Part shown: positions 52,234-64,000 of the stretch, in pieces
Position numbering within the stretch: the first letter of the stretch is position 1
How the letters are laid out: every line of letters starts with the position of its first letter
DNA from: Mobula hypostoma
Lineage: Eukaryota
Direction: 5' to 3'
DNA length: 64,000 nt
Assembly: GCF_963921235.1 (NCBI RefSeq)
Contig: NC_086118.1
Span: 59,210,001 to 59,274,000 of the forward strand
The notes under the pieces: generated by a model
The model's database searches: none
What the model was told of the DNA's origin: nothing
What the model saw: only the letters and a program-made list of their open reading frames with translations
Program-made: the position numbers and the translations under genes

Positions 52234-52264
52234 AAATGGTGGCATGGCCCCAGGGTGTACTCAC

Positions 52265-52418
52265 CCTGCCTGTCTCTGCCTTCTCAGCCTGGATCAGTTT
52301 ACTTGGTTCAGACGCCGCAGCTGGGAGAGTCTCCACCTGTTTTGTCTTTTGGCTAAGTCGCTTTCTTGTGGACTTCCGTGTCGATGCTTCTCCGTCGGAA
52401 GAAAGGACACTGATCTGT
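52265..52418 (-). CDS. ABCC3: ABCC3 exon 21 (154 bp), NBD1-TMD2 linker
   Basis: Encodes (R)QISVLSSDGEASTRKSTRKRLSQK...KLIQAEKAETGR, close to ABCC3 QLSALSSDGE. Donor agg|gtgagt. Confidence 0.9.
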
Positions 52419-53039
52419 CTAATATCACAGAAAGCACACAAATATTAGACTATACGATACAGAAGCAGAATTAGGCCATTTGTCCATCGAGTCTGCTCCA
52501 CCATTTCATCATGACTGATCCAATTTTCTTCTCAGCCCCACTCTTCTGCCTTCTCCCCATATCCCTTCATGCCGTGACCAATCAAGAATCTATCAACCTC
52601 TGCCTTAAATATACATAAAGACTTGACCTCCACAGCTGCCTGTGGAAAAGAAGTCCACACATTCACCCCCCTCCTCATCTCTGTTCTAAAAGGATGCCCC
52701 TCTATTCTGAGGCAGTGTCCTCTGGCCTTTCCCATCAGAGGTAACATCCTTTCCACATCCCGGTATCAGGTAGGGAGTGTTGAGGGGAAAGAGGTTACAG
52801 CTGTAGTCCACAGGTCAGCAGGACAGGGAAGTGGGAGGAGAGAATGAACCCAGTGAACCGTGGTTCACCTGAGTCAGAAAGACTTAAAACTTTGGCTCTA
52901 TTTGTCACATACCCACCAAAACATCGAGGCATACAGTGAAATATGTTGTATGCCGGGGGCAGTCTGCAAGTGTCGCCATGCTTACACCACCAGCATAGTG
53001 TGTCCACTACTTACTAACCCTAACCTCACCTGCACTACC

Positions 53040-56000
53040 CTGCTTTAAGACCCAATTTTTCTGAAAATGCAATAAGAGTTCCTTTGATTATATTATACAG
53101 TATATTATTTAGTATTTTATTTTTGTCGTTTAAAATAAAAAATTCAGTTGGTTAAGTTAGGCTTGTTGAATAGGATTTGTCTTGTTAAAATTTTTTTTCT
53201 GAGAGAGTGCGGGAAAAAGAACGGGGAGGTGCTTTTTTTTCTAGAGAGAGCGCAGGATTGAAGGAGGAAAAAGACAATGGAAACAGCTAACAGACATAGC
53301 AGAAGAACATGGTGAAACGTTCACTGAACCCATTCAGAAGGACAGATACCGCTGTCGGAAAGTCCTCATGCAGACAATGGTCTCATGGAGAATGTGCAGA
53401 TAACTTCTAGTTAGCACACAACATTGGAGAAAGTTTGATGCTTTTTCCTTGGATGTTGCATGAACGTTTGTTTCCTGGAACAGGAGCAGTAAATTTGCAT
53501 GGGTGTGTCAGTATTTGTAAAGTTAACAGTGCTGCTTTCCCTTAAAGAAATATTCAAACTTTATGTGTTGTGTTTACCTGAATCATATTTACCTTAGACA
53601 GGTTTATTTATTGGAAAAGGCTTTCTCATCATTATTCCCCATGCATCATTGAGTTATGTTGTTGTTAGGTTGAATTCACAGTGATAGCTAACTCATTACA
53701 AGCCTAAGGAGAGTGGGTCACATTTTTGGGATCACAGTCTGCAATAGGATGCTGTATGAATGCAGTACTATGGCTGTATAATGATTAGATAGTCTGTTTA
53801 TTTGTGTTCAAGCCAGTGTTACACCTGTGTTACTTTTGAAGTGTGTTGTCATTAAGGTACTGTGATAGGGATCCTGCTGAGGGTGACGATTTTCAGTCCA
53901 AGTTGCTCTCTTTTCTGAGGAATGAAGGACAAACTCCGACTGATGTTAAAAATCTACTTAGTTATTCAACTGATGATCTAAATTCTGAGCTGGTTTCTGC
54001 TATCACAAATCCAGTTGATAAATGCCAAAGTGTACCTGCTGAGATCCAAGATTATTGTAAGCTGGGCATGTTCTCTGGAGTCAAGCCCACACCCGAAGGA
54101 GATGAAGAATATGAGGACTGGGCGAGTAGCGATCTCACCCACTAGATGAATAGAAGTGCTCAGATAATATAAAGGAGCAGAGACTAGTAGAGAGTTTAAC
54201 GGGTCCTGCCACTGATGTAGTGAGGTTCCTACAGGCAGAAAACCCTTTAGCCACATCAGCTAACTATATGCAAGCTCCAGAAAATGCTTATGGCACTACT
54301 GTAGGATCAGCTGATCTCCTGGTGAAGCTCAGGGTCACATTCCAAGAGGAAGGAGAGAAGCTGTCTGCCTACATTTTCAGGCTGGATAAGCTGCTGCATT
54401 GTTTCTGCTGCGAAGGGGGCATTCAACTGTCTGAGATAAACTGCTTGAGAATGGGGCAAGTTGTGAAAGGCACACTATCACAAGACCCACAAAATGTATG
54501 ATTCACCATCTTTTGCTGAGCTACTCGGAGAAGTTAGAGAGGAGGAAATTATGATTGAGGGGCAAAACGTTTCCAAAAGCCAAGTATCTTCAGTTGCAGC
54601 CTCTGTTGCTAAAGTATCCCCCGACGCCACAGAAGTAGAGCTTTTGAGGAATGAGGTGAAAAGTGTTCAAGCTGAGGTGACTCGGTTGAGGTCTGTTAAT
54701 GTGACACATCCACTGGTAAACCCAACCCACCTGTGAAAATCGCAAAGCAGAGGAACTCTGCTCCCAAGGATTTCTTGACTGAGGATAGGTCTGGTATTTT
54801 ATGTACAAGTCTGGAGAGATGGACATTTCAAGTGAGATTGTGAAGGGCAGGAAAATCTTTGAAAAGTAAATCAGCAGTTAATCAAATAGAAAAAAGAAAA
54901 AGGGAAACTACGGAGGAACCTAGTAAAGGAATGGCCTGACGTATGTTCAAATCAGTGTATCAACAAAAATAATAAAGTGCAAAGCACTATTCCTGAAGCC
55001 TTAGTGGGACAAAGTTCTGAAACAGATTGAAAACATTTATGCTGGAGCCATACTTGACATGTGTTTTCAAGTTACTTTACTTTACAGATCCTTTTACAAT
55101 AGGCGCTATTGACTCCTATCAGCTTCCTTGAGATCTGGGAGCTTAGTACTGATGATAACCTTTATGATGGTTATCTGTCGTTGAAACTGGAGTTTTCGGA
55201 AGCAGATATTGGAGTAGCTGAGACTAGTGTTTTCTGCCCAGATCCAGGAATAAAAGGTAAACCTCCTGTTCTTGAGGGAACAAACACTTCCATTATGAGA
55301 TGGTTCGTGGGAGCAAGTAAAAAGAGAATGGGAGAGAACTCTGAGAGCCTTATCTATTCACCGTCTATTCAGATCCACTTTTGAGAATGTACAAGTTTCT
55401 CCTATGCAGATGATGAGAATAAAAGAGGAACTGTGTAGTAGACTCAGTCTAAACCAGACACTTTACGGAGTAAAGCGGAGTAGCTAGGGTGACGAGAACA
55501 CCCAGATTTTCAGGAGTGCCCAGTGACCCAGCCATTCTTCTGGATGCTCCTGACAATCAGGAAGAAGAGTCACTCTTGACTGGAGGAGTGCTGGTGAGTC
55601 CTGAACTGCAGAAATCTTCGGCTGTCTATTCCAACAGGATAACAGTGATTGTCAGGAACACCTCAGGGAGAGATGTCACCCTCAGACATGGCATGCAGAC
55701 TGCACGTCTCTTCCCCGTGATGGTAGTTTCTAGTTTTTTGGTGAAGAAAACAGATGAGAAACGGTCTCCTGTATCAGGAAAGTTGACATTGAAGTCATTC
55801 AACTTTGATGACTGACCAATACCAGAGGAATGGAAAAAGAGACCAACTGATAAGATATTGAAACACAAAGACGTCTTTTCGACTGATGAGTTTGATGCTG
55901 GTTGTTCCAAGACTACTCACCACACTAACAGAGTGACAGAGGACGTACCTTTTCAAGAAAGGGCTTGCCAGTTAGCATCAGTGGAAGTTGAAAATGTTCG

Positions 56001-57480
56001 GTAGCACCTGCTGAAACTGAAGGAAGCTGGAATTATCAGAGTTGAGGACAGCCTATAGTGGTGACAAAAAAGATTGGGAAAATACGAATGTGTGTTGATT
56101 ATAGAACATTGTGCAGACATACAATCCCAGACCAATATACAGTTTCACGGATTGAAAATGCTCTGGCCTGCTGAAGTGGAAGCAAATGGTTCAGTGTGTT
56201 GGATCTAAGAAATGGCTATTACCAAATACCAATGAGTGAATTTGATAAAGAGAAGACAGCATTCATTAAGTCTCCTTGGATTTTTAAGTTTGATAAGATA
56301 CATCAGGGCATATCAGGAGCACTGGCTACATTCCAACGTGTCATGGAGCACACTGCTGGAGATATGAATCTGCTTGAAGTACTTGAGTACTTGGATGATC
56401 TCAAAGTGTTTGGATCAACACTAGAGCAGCACGAGACAAGGCTGCTGAAGGTATTAAACTTACCTCACGTATGTGACTGATATGAGGAAAGAACTGCAAA
56501 AAGCTTATGAATTAGCTGCAGTTTCAGCTAGGAAACAAATCTAAGAAAACAAGAAGAAATACGATCAAAAGATTAAATTTTCTCAACTGACACCTGGAGA
56601 TCAAGTTCTAAAAAGAAACATAGGACTACAAGGGAAGCATAAGTTGGCCGAATGCTGGATTTGTATAACTCAGGTAGTGGAGAGTCAGATGCCAAACTTT
56701 CTAGTTTTTCAGTTGAAACCAGAAGATGGAAATAATCCTACAGAAAATTACCCTGAGGGCAAGGAGTACATTTTGACCCAGTGTCTGACATAGAACCTAC
56801 ACTGAGCAATAGAACTCTCCAAAGAAGAAGTAAAAAAGAAGAAAACCAAGCTGAAGATAAGTCAGACAACATATGGTTTTGGTGGAAAGACATGAAGAGA
56901 AATTGGATGAATCCATTGAATACTGAGATAAGAAAATTGGAACATGGTATGTCCTGCCTTATGCAAATTTCCCAAGGAGTTGGTGAAGAGATAGACATAT
57001 ATAAAATCTACAGCAGAATACAGGCCCTTCGGCCCACAAAGCTGTGCCGAACATGTCCCTACCTGAGATCTACCTAGGCTTTACCCATAGCCCTCTATTT
57101 TTCTAAGCTCCATGTAGCCATCCAGGAGTCTCTTAAAAGACCCTGTCATTTCCACCTCCACCGCCGCCGCCGGCAGCCCATTCCACACACCCACCACTCT
57201 GCGTAAAAAAACTTATCCCGACATCTCCTCTGTACCTACTTCCAAGACGTCAGAATCTTTCAGTGAGGGGAATATAACCAGAAGTGATATTAGATAACGA
57301 AAGGGAACTGAACTCCAGTATAATTGAAGATGAAGCCAAGGGCAGGAGGAACTGAGTTGCAGGAAGGAATGAATGATGGACAGGATGGGACATCCCAAAG
57401 TGAATATGAGAAGTCACAAGGAAAGACTCAAACTGATGAAGTGGTGACTGAAAATCAACCATTAAGTGAAGAAGAAATTG
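53040..57480 (+). mobile_element. Degenerate Ty3/Gypsy LTR retrotransposon (PNMA-like gag, protease, partial RT)
   Basis: KLGMFSGVKPTPEGDEEYEDW and QEEGEKLSAYIFRLDKLL (gag), LDLRNGYYQIPMSEFDKEKTAF and YLDDL (RT). Many stops; most of RNase H and integrase appears deleted. Confidence 0.8.
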
Positions 57481-57484
57481 AAAC

Positions 57485-59015
57485 TGAGATAAGGTCCTGA
57501 AGAGAGAATTTAGAGAGCTAGGTAGAAAGCTGAGAAGCAGGACCTCCAGGGTAGTAATTTCTGGATTGCTGCTTGTGGCACGTGCCAGTGAGGGTAGAAA
57601 CAGGATGATTTGGCAAATTAATGCAAGGCTGAGAAGCTGAGGCAAGGCTTCAGGTTCTTGGATCACTGGGAACTTTTCTGGGGGAGGTACGACCTGTTCA
57701 AAAGTGATGGGTTGCACCTGAACCTGAGGCGACCAATATTCTCTTGGGCAGGTTTGTTACAGTTGTTGGGGAGGATTTAAACTAATTCAGCAGGGGGTGG
57801 GAACTGGAATGAAAGGACTCAGGAAAGGATGGATGGTAAGAAAGCACAAATAACATGCAATCAGACTGTCAGGAAGTGCAGGCAGGTGATAGAATAAAAT
57901 TGCAGCCAGCAGGTGAGTTTCAGTGCATTAGAGATGCAGAATCAAAAAGGGTAGCAAATACAGTACTCAAAGTATTATATCCCAATGCGCAGAGTATAAG
58001 AAATAAATGGATGATCTTGTTGCATGATTACAAATGGTCAGGATTGTGGCCATCATTGTATTGTGGCTGAAGGATAGTTGTATTTGGGAGCTGAATGTCT
58101 AAGGTTACACATTGTATTGGAGGGATAGGAAGGGAGGCAGAGGGGGTGGCATGGCTCTGCTGGTAAAGAGTGGTATCAAAACAGTAGAAAGATGTGACAT
58201 GGGATCAGAAGATGTTGAATCCTTGTGGGTTGAGTTATGAAACTGAAAGGGTAGAAGGACTCTGTTGGCAGTTATATACAGGCCTCCCACAGTAGCTGAA
58301 ATGTGGTCCACCGATTACAACAGGAAATAGAAAAGGCGTGTCAAAAGGGAAATGTTATGATAGTCATGGAATATTTCAACATGCAGGTTGATTGAGAAAA
58401 TCAAGTTGGAAATGAATCTTAAGAGAGTGGGTTTGTTGAATGGTCAGGAAATCACTTTTTAGAGCAGTTTGTCATTGAGTCTACTAGGGAATCAGCTGTA
58501 CTGGGTTGGGTGTTATGTAATGGACCAGAGGTGATTAGGGAACTTAAGGTAAAACAACCCTTAGGAGGCAGTGATCACAATATGATTGAGTTCAACTTGA
58601 AATTTGATAGGGAGAAAGTAAAGTCTGATGTAGCAGTATTTCAGTGGAGCAAGGGAAATTACAGTGGTATGAGAGAGGAGTTGGCCAAAGTAAATTGGAA
58701 GAAGACGCTGGCAGGGATGACAGACAAGCAGCAATGGTGTGAGTTTCTGGGAAAAATGAGGAAGGTGCAGGATAGATGTATTTCAGAAACAAGAAATACT
58801 CAAATAGCAAAATAGAACAACCGTCACTGACAAAGGGAAGTCAAAGTGAATGTAAAAGCAAAAGAGAGAACATATGCAAAGCAAAAATTAGTGGGAAGCT
58901 TTTAAAAACCTACAGAAAGCAACTAAAAGAAACATTAGGAGGGAAAAGATGAAATATGAATGCAAGCTAGCAAACAATACCAAGGTGAATAGAAAATACT
59001 TTTTCAAGTATAAAA
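57485..59015 (+). mobile_element. CR1 LINE (end of ORF1, endonuclease), interrupted by the L1
   Basis: LKVLYPNAQSIRNK and LGGSDHNMIEF motifs. Homologous to the minus-strand copy at about 0.9-2.4 kb. Confidence 0.8.
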
Positions 59016-59019
59016 AAAA

Positions 59020-62000
59020 GGGAGGTTCCGGTGACGTCTTTGTTCAGAATAACAGTTTAAATCAATAGCTCCTTTGGATAAACACATATTTTGCCCCATT
59101 AATCCATCAAATATAAGATGTTTCGAAAATATCTGAATTGATAAGGGGGGCAAGAATGGGGAAAAAGAATGGAGATTAAACAAATCACAGTGGAACCTAT
59201 GGAAGAGAGAGGTGCAACGCGCGGTTCTCCTACACGTGCGCATGGCGGTGAGGCTGACGCGGGGCCTCGTGCGCACGGCTCTCCTACACGTGCGCATGGC
59301 GGCGAGGCTGACGCGGGGCCTCGTGCGCGCGGCTCTCCTACACGTGCGCATGGCGGCGAGGCTGACATGGGGCCTCGTGCGCGCGGCTCTCCTACATGTG
59401 CGCATGGCGGCGAGGCTGACACTGGGCCTCGTGTGCGCGGCTCTCCTACACGTGCGCATGGCGGCGAGGCTGACGCTGGGTCTCGTGCGCGTGGCTCTCC
59501 TACACGTGCGCATGGCGGCGAGGCTGATGCTGGGTCTCGTGCAGGCGAAGCGGCAAATATGATAAAGATTCTGGAAGAGATAAGGAAGTCCAAAAAGATA
59601 TAAAACAGCAACTAAATGATATAAAGTCAGAGCTCGCCAATGCCAATCAGAAAATAGCGGTGGCAGAAACTCAAATTGAGAAGGTGGAAGATCGCATGCA
59701 AAACGTGGAACAGACACTAAGTCAGACGATAAAAATATTAAATCAACAGGAAAGTAAATTGCTTGACCAGGAGGGAAAATCGCAACGGAAAAATATCAGG
59801 ATTTATAATGTTCCCGAAGGAGCGGAGGGATTGTCGATGATGGACTTTGTAGACAAGCTGCTGCGGGAAGCGCTGGAGATTCCCCCGACTATGGAGATGG
59901 AAATGGAAAGGGTGCATCGTTCACTCGTCCCGCGGCCTCCCAGAGACAGAGATAGTAAACCGCGGTGAATTGTACTTAGATTCCTTCGATTCAAGAGCAA
60001 GGCATAGATTCTACGAAGGGCCTGGGGTAAGAAGAGGGTTTTTGGAACAGGAAGTTAATATACTTCGATCATGATTACCCCCCGGCGGCCCTACAGAAAC
60101 GGAAGGAATATTCCGAAGCAAAACGAATATTAAAGCAAGAAAAGATTAAATTCCAAACCCCGTACCCTGCTAAACTGAGGGTATTTTACCAAGAAGGGAT
60201 GCGACTGTATCAGACGGTGGAAGAGGCGACTACAGACATGAAAAACAGAGGACTGTCCTTTAGCGTGGTCAAACCAAGGGAAAGTCTGGCTGAGCAGTTA
60301 TTCCGATCTGCTAAGGAAATAGTAAGCGAACCAAGAAATCAGGGGATGGGAGTAGGACGAGAGAAGGATATTAGGAAGAGACTGTGAGTTCTCCGAGGAC
60401 AGCCCTCACCTCCTCCAGAAGAGCCATAAGGTTTGGCTAAATTTAAAAGTGCTGATAAACTAAACGGAAGCAAAAATAGACAGTGATATACCTATCTTGA
60501 GAAATACGTATTATAATGTGGATTTCATATTACTCAATTTTTAAAAATTCATTCATCCATTCCTTTTCCCCCACCTAAATGAGAATATATATATGGGAGG
60601 AATACACAGGGAAATCATTTCTGTGTAATGGACATAGTTTTTTTTACTTACTTTTATAGGTACTACAGCAGGGGCCCTCAACTCACAGGTAGGAGGGGCT
60701 ATCCCCCACAGCTAGACTTTTCTTCTAGCTCAACCCAGGGTCATCTAGAGACCCCAGCCTTGGAACCACACCTTTGTTACCTTTTTTTTTTATTATTTGT
60801 GTTTCTTGGCTCTTATTTGTTCAGGGAGTAGATCGATTAAGTTATATTCTGCAAATTTCAATGATACACTAACAGATAAATACACATGGCTAAGGACAAA
60901 GTAAAATTCATTTCTTTTAATGTCAATGGGCTGTTGAATCCAGTCAAGCGCAGTAAAATTCTATCAACAATGAAAAAAAGAACAAGCCCATGTAGTATAG
61001 TTACAGGAAACTCACTTAAGTGATAATGAGCATGGGAAATTAAAGAGAATGAGTTTCACTAATTTGTTTTTCTCCTCATATAAATCAGGACATAGAAGAG
61101 GAGTTGCTATTCTCATCTCAAGCAAGCTAAATTTTGAAAAAGTATTCGAAATGGGAGATAAGGAGGGCAGATATATTCTGGTAAGGGAGAATATAGATGG
61201 AAATCCAGTTACTTTATTGAATATACACACACCAGGAAGTGATATTAGTTTCTTCCAGAAAATTACTAATATTATGGTAACGGAAACAGGTGGTCTCTTG
61301 ATATGTGGGGGAGACTTAAATTTACAATTACAACCAAAGTTTGACTCTTCCAATAGAAAAACTTATGAAACAAAGTCCTTACCTAAGAAAGTTAACACTC
61401 TTTTTGAGGGTATTGGTCTAATTGATATATGGAGGAACCTTTTCCCCGACAGAAGGGATTACACTCATTATTCTGCTCCCCATTCCGTATATACAAGAAT
61501 AGACTATTTCATAACATTTGGAAAAGATAGAGACAAAATAATCACCTGTGGAATTGGGACAATAGATGTAAGTGACCATGCACCTATATATTTATCTGTT
61601 GATTTTGACCTACAACCAAAGAATACTATTTGAAAACTAAATTCAAGTCTACTCAATGATCCCTATTTTAAGGAACAAATTAAAAAAGAAATTGGTCTTT
61701 ACTTAGAATTCAATGATAATGGAGAGGTTTCACCTGCCATTCTATGGGATACTCTGAAGGCTGTCTTAAGAGGGAAAATTATACTGATATCTTCATATAA
61801 GAAAAAAATAAGGAATAAAACATTAGAGGAATTACAAAATAAGCTGAAGGAACTAGAAAAAAACACAAATTGAGTTTGGCTCAGGATACACTAGAGGAAA
61901 TTAAGAATGAAATTAATAGTTTGGCTACACAAGAAATTAGAAAAAATTCAATGTTTCTGAAACAGAGACACTATGAAAGTGGATCTAAATCTATGAAAAT

Positions 62001-63680
62001 TCTGGCGTGGAAACTGAAAATAAAGATAGCAGAAAATACAATTCATAGAATTAGGGATCCAAGAACAAAAGTGATAAAAAATAAACTAAGTGAATTGAAG
62101 AAGCTTTTGAAATGTTTTACAAAACTCTATATTCCAAAGTTCCAAGGGGAAGCATAACCCAAATTGACACCTTCCTGAATTCTTTAGAGTTACCCACTTT
62201 AAGCAAAGAACAAGATAGAACAATGACTGCTGACATAACTGAAGCTGAACTAAAAACTGCAATTAGCAGGCTTAAATTAAGCAAATCACCAGGATCAGAT
62301 GGATATAGAGCAGAGCGGTATAAAGAGTTTAGAAGTGAGTTAATTCCTGTTTTACTCCCCACACTGAACTGGGCCCCAAGAAAGGCGCAAATGCTACTCA
62401 GCTGGAAGGAGGGGATAATGCTACACCGAAAGAAGGCAAGGATAAAATGGAATGTGGATCATTTAGACCAATATCTGTTCTTAATGTGGATTATAGAATA
62501 CTTACCTCCATCATGGCCAAATGATTAGAAGAGTTTCTACTCACACTGATACATAATGATCAGACAACAACGCCAAACACAAGACAATATATGAAGGACA
62601 CTTCACATTATGGATCGTATAAAAAAATGAAATTGAAGCAATAGTGATGAGCGTGGACGCTGAAAAGGCATTTGATTCGGTTAATTGGAATTTTCTTTAC
62701 AGAGTTTTACGTAGATTTGGTCTACATGACACAATTATTAAAACTATCCAGGCACTATACGACAATCCTACTGCCAGGATTACAATCAATAGATATTTAT
62801 CTAATAGTTTTACCATAGAAAGGAGCTCGAGACAGGGTTGTGCATGGTCACCGCTACTCTTCGCATTATATCTGGAACCATTAGCTCAATACATCAGACA
62901 AAATGAAGATATCAGGAGAATTACTATTAAAGGGACAGAGCATGAATTGGCCTGTTACTCGGATGACATTTTGATCTAACTAGGGCAACCAACATACTCT
63001 TTACCTAAATTGATGCAAACCTTTGAACAATATGGGCAATTATCAGGAGACAAGATCAACAAAGATAAAATCCAACTACTTTCATATAACTATAGCCCAC
63101 CAAGAGATATTGAAAGTAGATATCCTTGGGCATGGCAAACAGAGTCCATCAAATATTTGGGCATCATTATGCCAAAAGATTTGCCAAAATTATCAGAACG
63201 AAATTATCAGCCTATATATAAAAAAATTAAGGAAGATATAACAAGATGGAATCTAATTCCTTTCCTTGGTCTTAGTTCAAGGATTGAATCTATTAAAATG
63301 AATATACTGCCCAGACTACTATATCTCTTTCAGACCCTACCAATAGAGATTAACCAAAATCAATTCAATGAATTGAACAAGATGCTATCAAGATATATAT
63401 AGCAAGGTAAAAGGCCTAGGGTTTGTCTCAAAACTTTGCAATTAGCCAAGGAAAAGGGAGGACGGGGCCCTACCTTCTCTTAGAGATTACTATTTTGCAG
63501 CACAGTTGAGAACCGTGATATGCTGGTGCAACCCATCATATGATGCTCAATGGAAAAACATTGAGGAGAGGATACTTTCCATCCCCATACAGGCAATTTT
63601 GGCTCATAACAACCTTCAAAGTTACATAAATAATATTGACAACCCGTGGGTGAAATGGACTCTTAAAATTTGGAAAACTA
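59020..63680 (+). mobile_element. Fish-type L1 LINE with intact 5' end: 5' UTR, ORF1, spacer, ORF2 EN and RT (disabled)
   Basis: ORF1 RKNIRIYNVPEGAE and ERVHRS; ORF2 from about 60886 with [41 protein letters not shown] and YSDD. Scattered stops and frameshifts. Inserted after a TAAAAAAAA target. Confidence 0.9.
59220..59543 (+). repeat. 54-bp x6 in-frame repeat inside L1 ORF1
   Basis: Encodes (RGSPTRAHGGEADAGPRA)6 with minor variants. Confidence 0.92.
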
Positions 63681-64000
63681 GACTTCCGGTAGCGCTCATG
63701 GAGTGAAGTCGCGTTCTTGACTCGCTCCATTACCTCTGAGTTTTTTTTCTCTATGGTCAGCTATACTTTAATTAACCATTAAGGCATCAATTTTTATAAT
63801 ACTTTGAATTAAACTGAATTCTCTGACAATTGGATGATACTTAGATCTGCTATGTCTAAGAACGGGAAAGACGGCAAGGATGGTAAACCTCCGGTTAAAC
63901 CGAAAGCTACGGATCTCCCCCGGACTGAATCACCGGTGACTTTGAAAGCGATATCGGAGTTAATTCAGAGGGAAATTTCAACCTCTGTTAGGGAGATGAT
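63681..64000 (+). mobile_element. 5' end of a second L1 inserted into the first L1 ORF2
   Basis: Abrupt switch to CpG-rich GACTTCCGGT..., then an ORF from 63852 (MSKNGKDGKDGKPPVKPK...) running off the window. Confidence 0.65.

Noticed and set aside
53843-54830. PNMA-like gag as a domesticated gene
   Set aside because: Multiple stops and frameshifts, followed by decayed pol; an ordinary dead Gypsy element.

Overview
Vertebrate genomic DNA. The repeat landscape (CR1, Rex/Babar, Penelope-like, fish-type L1, hAT-Charlie) suggests a cartilaginous fish, probably a ray; this is inference. Two spliced genes lie tail-to-tail. On the + strand is the 3' half of LUC7L3: five coding exons at 4515-15890 plus a complex, alternatively spliced 3' end reaching a poly(A) signal near 19.9 kb. 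On the - strand is the 3' part of ABCC3/MRP3: exons 21-31 by ABCC1-type numbering, 52418 down to the stop at 21019. The main finding is a second, intact but highly diverged copy (about 35% aa identity) of ABCC3 exon 23 at 38771-39084. It has the same splice phases as the canonical copy at 47122-47432, so the two look like mutually exclusive exons that swap TM13-TM15 and substrate-pocket residues, reminiscent of the Drosophila MRP exon cluster. A possible decayed third copy lies at about 34.8-35.1 kb. Also notable are a candidate autoregulatory splice/NMD cassette with competing hairpins at the LUC7L3 stop, a 2.4-kb G-quadruplex minisatellite next to an ABCC3 donor, a young CR1 family with a target-site duplication, and an L1 whose ORF1 carries an in-frame 18-aa repeat. 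Transposon boundaries are approximate, and exon numbers and human comparisons come from recall, not alignment.
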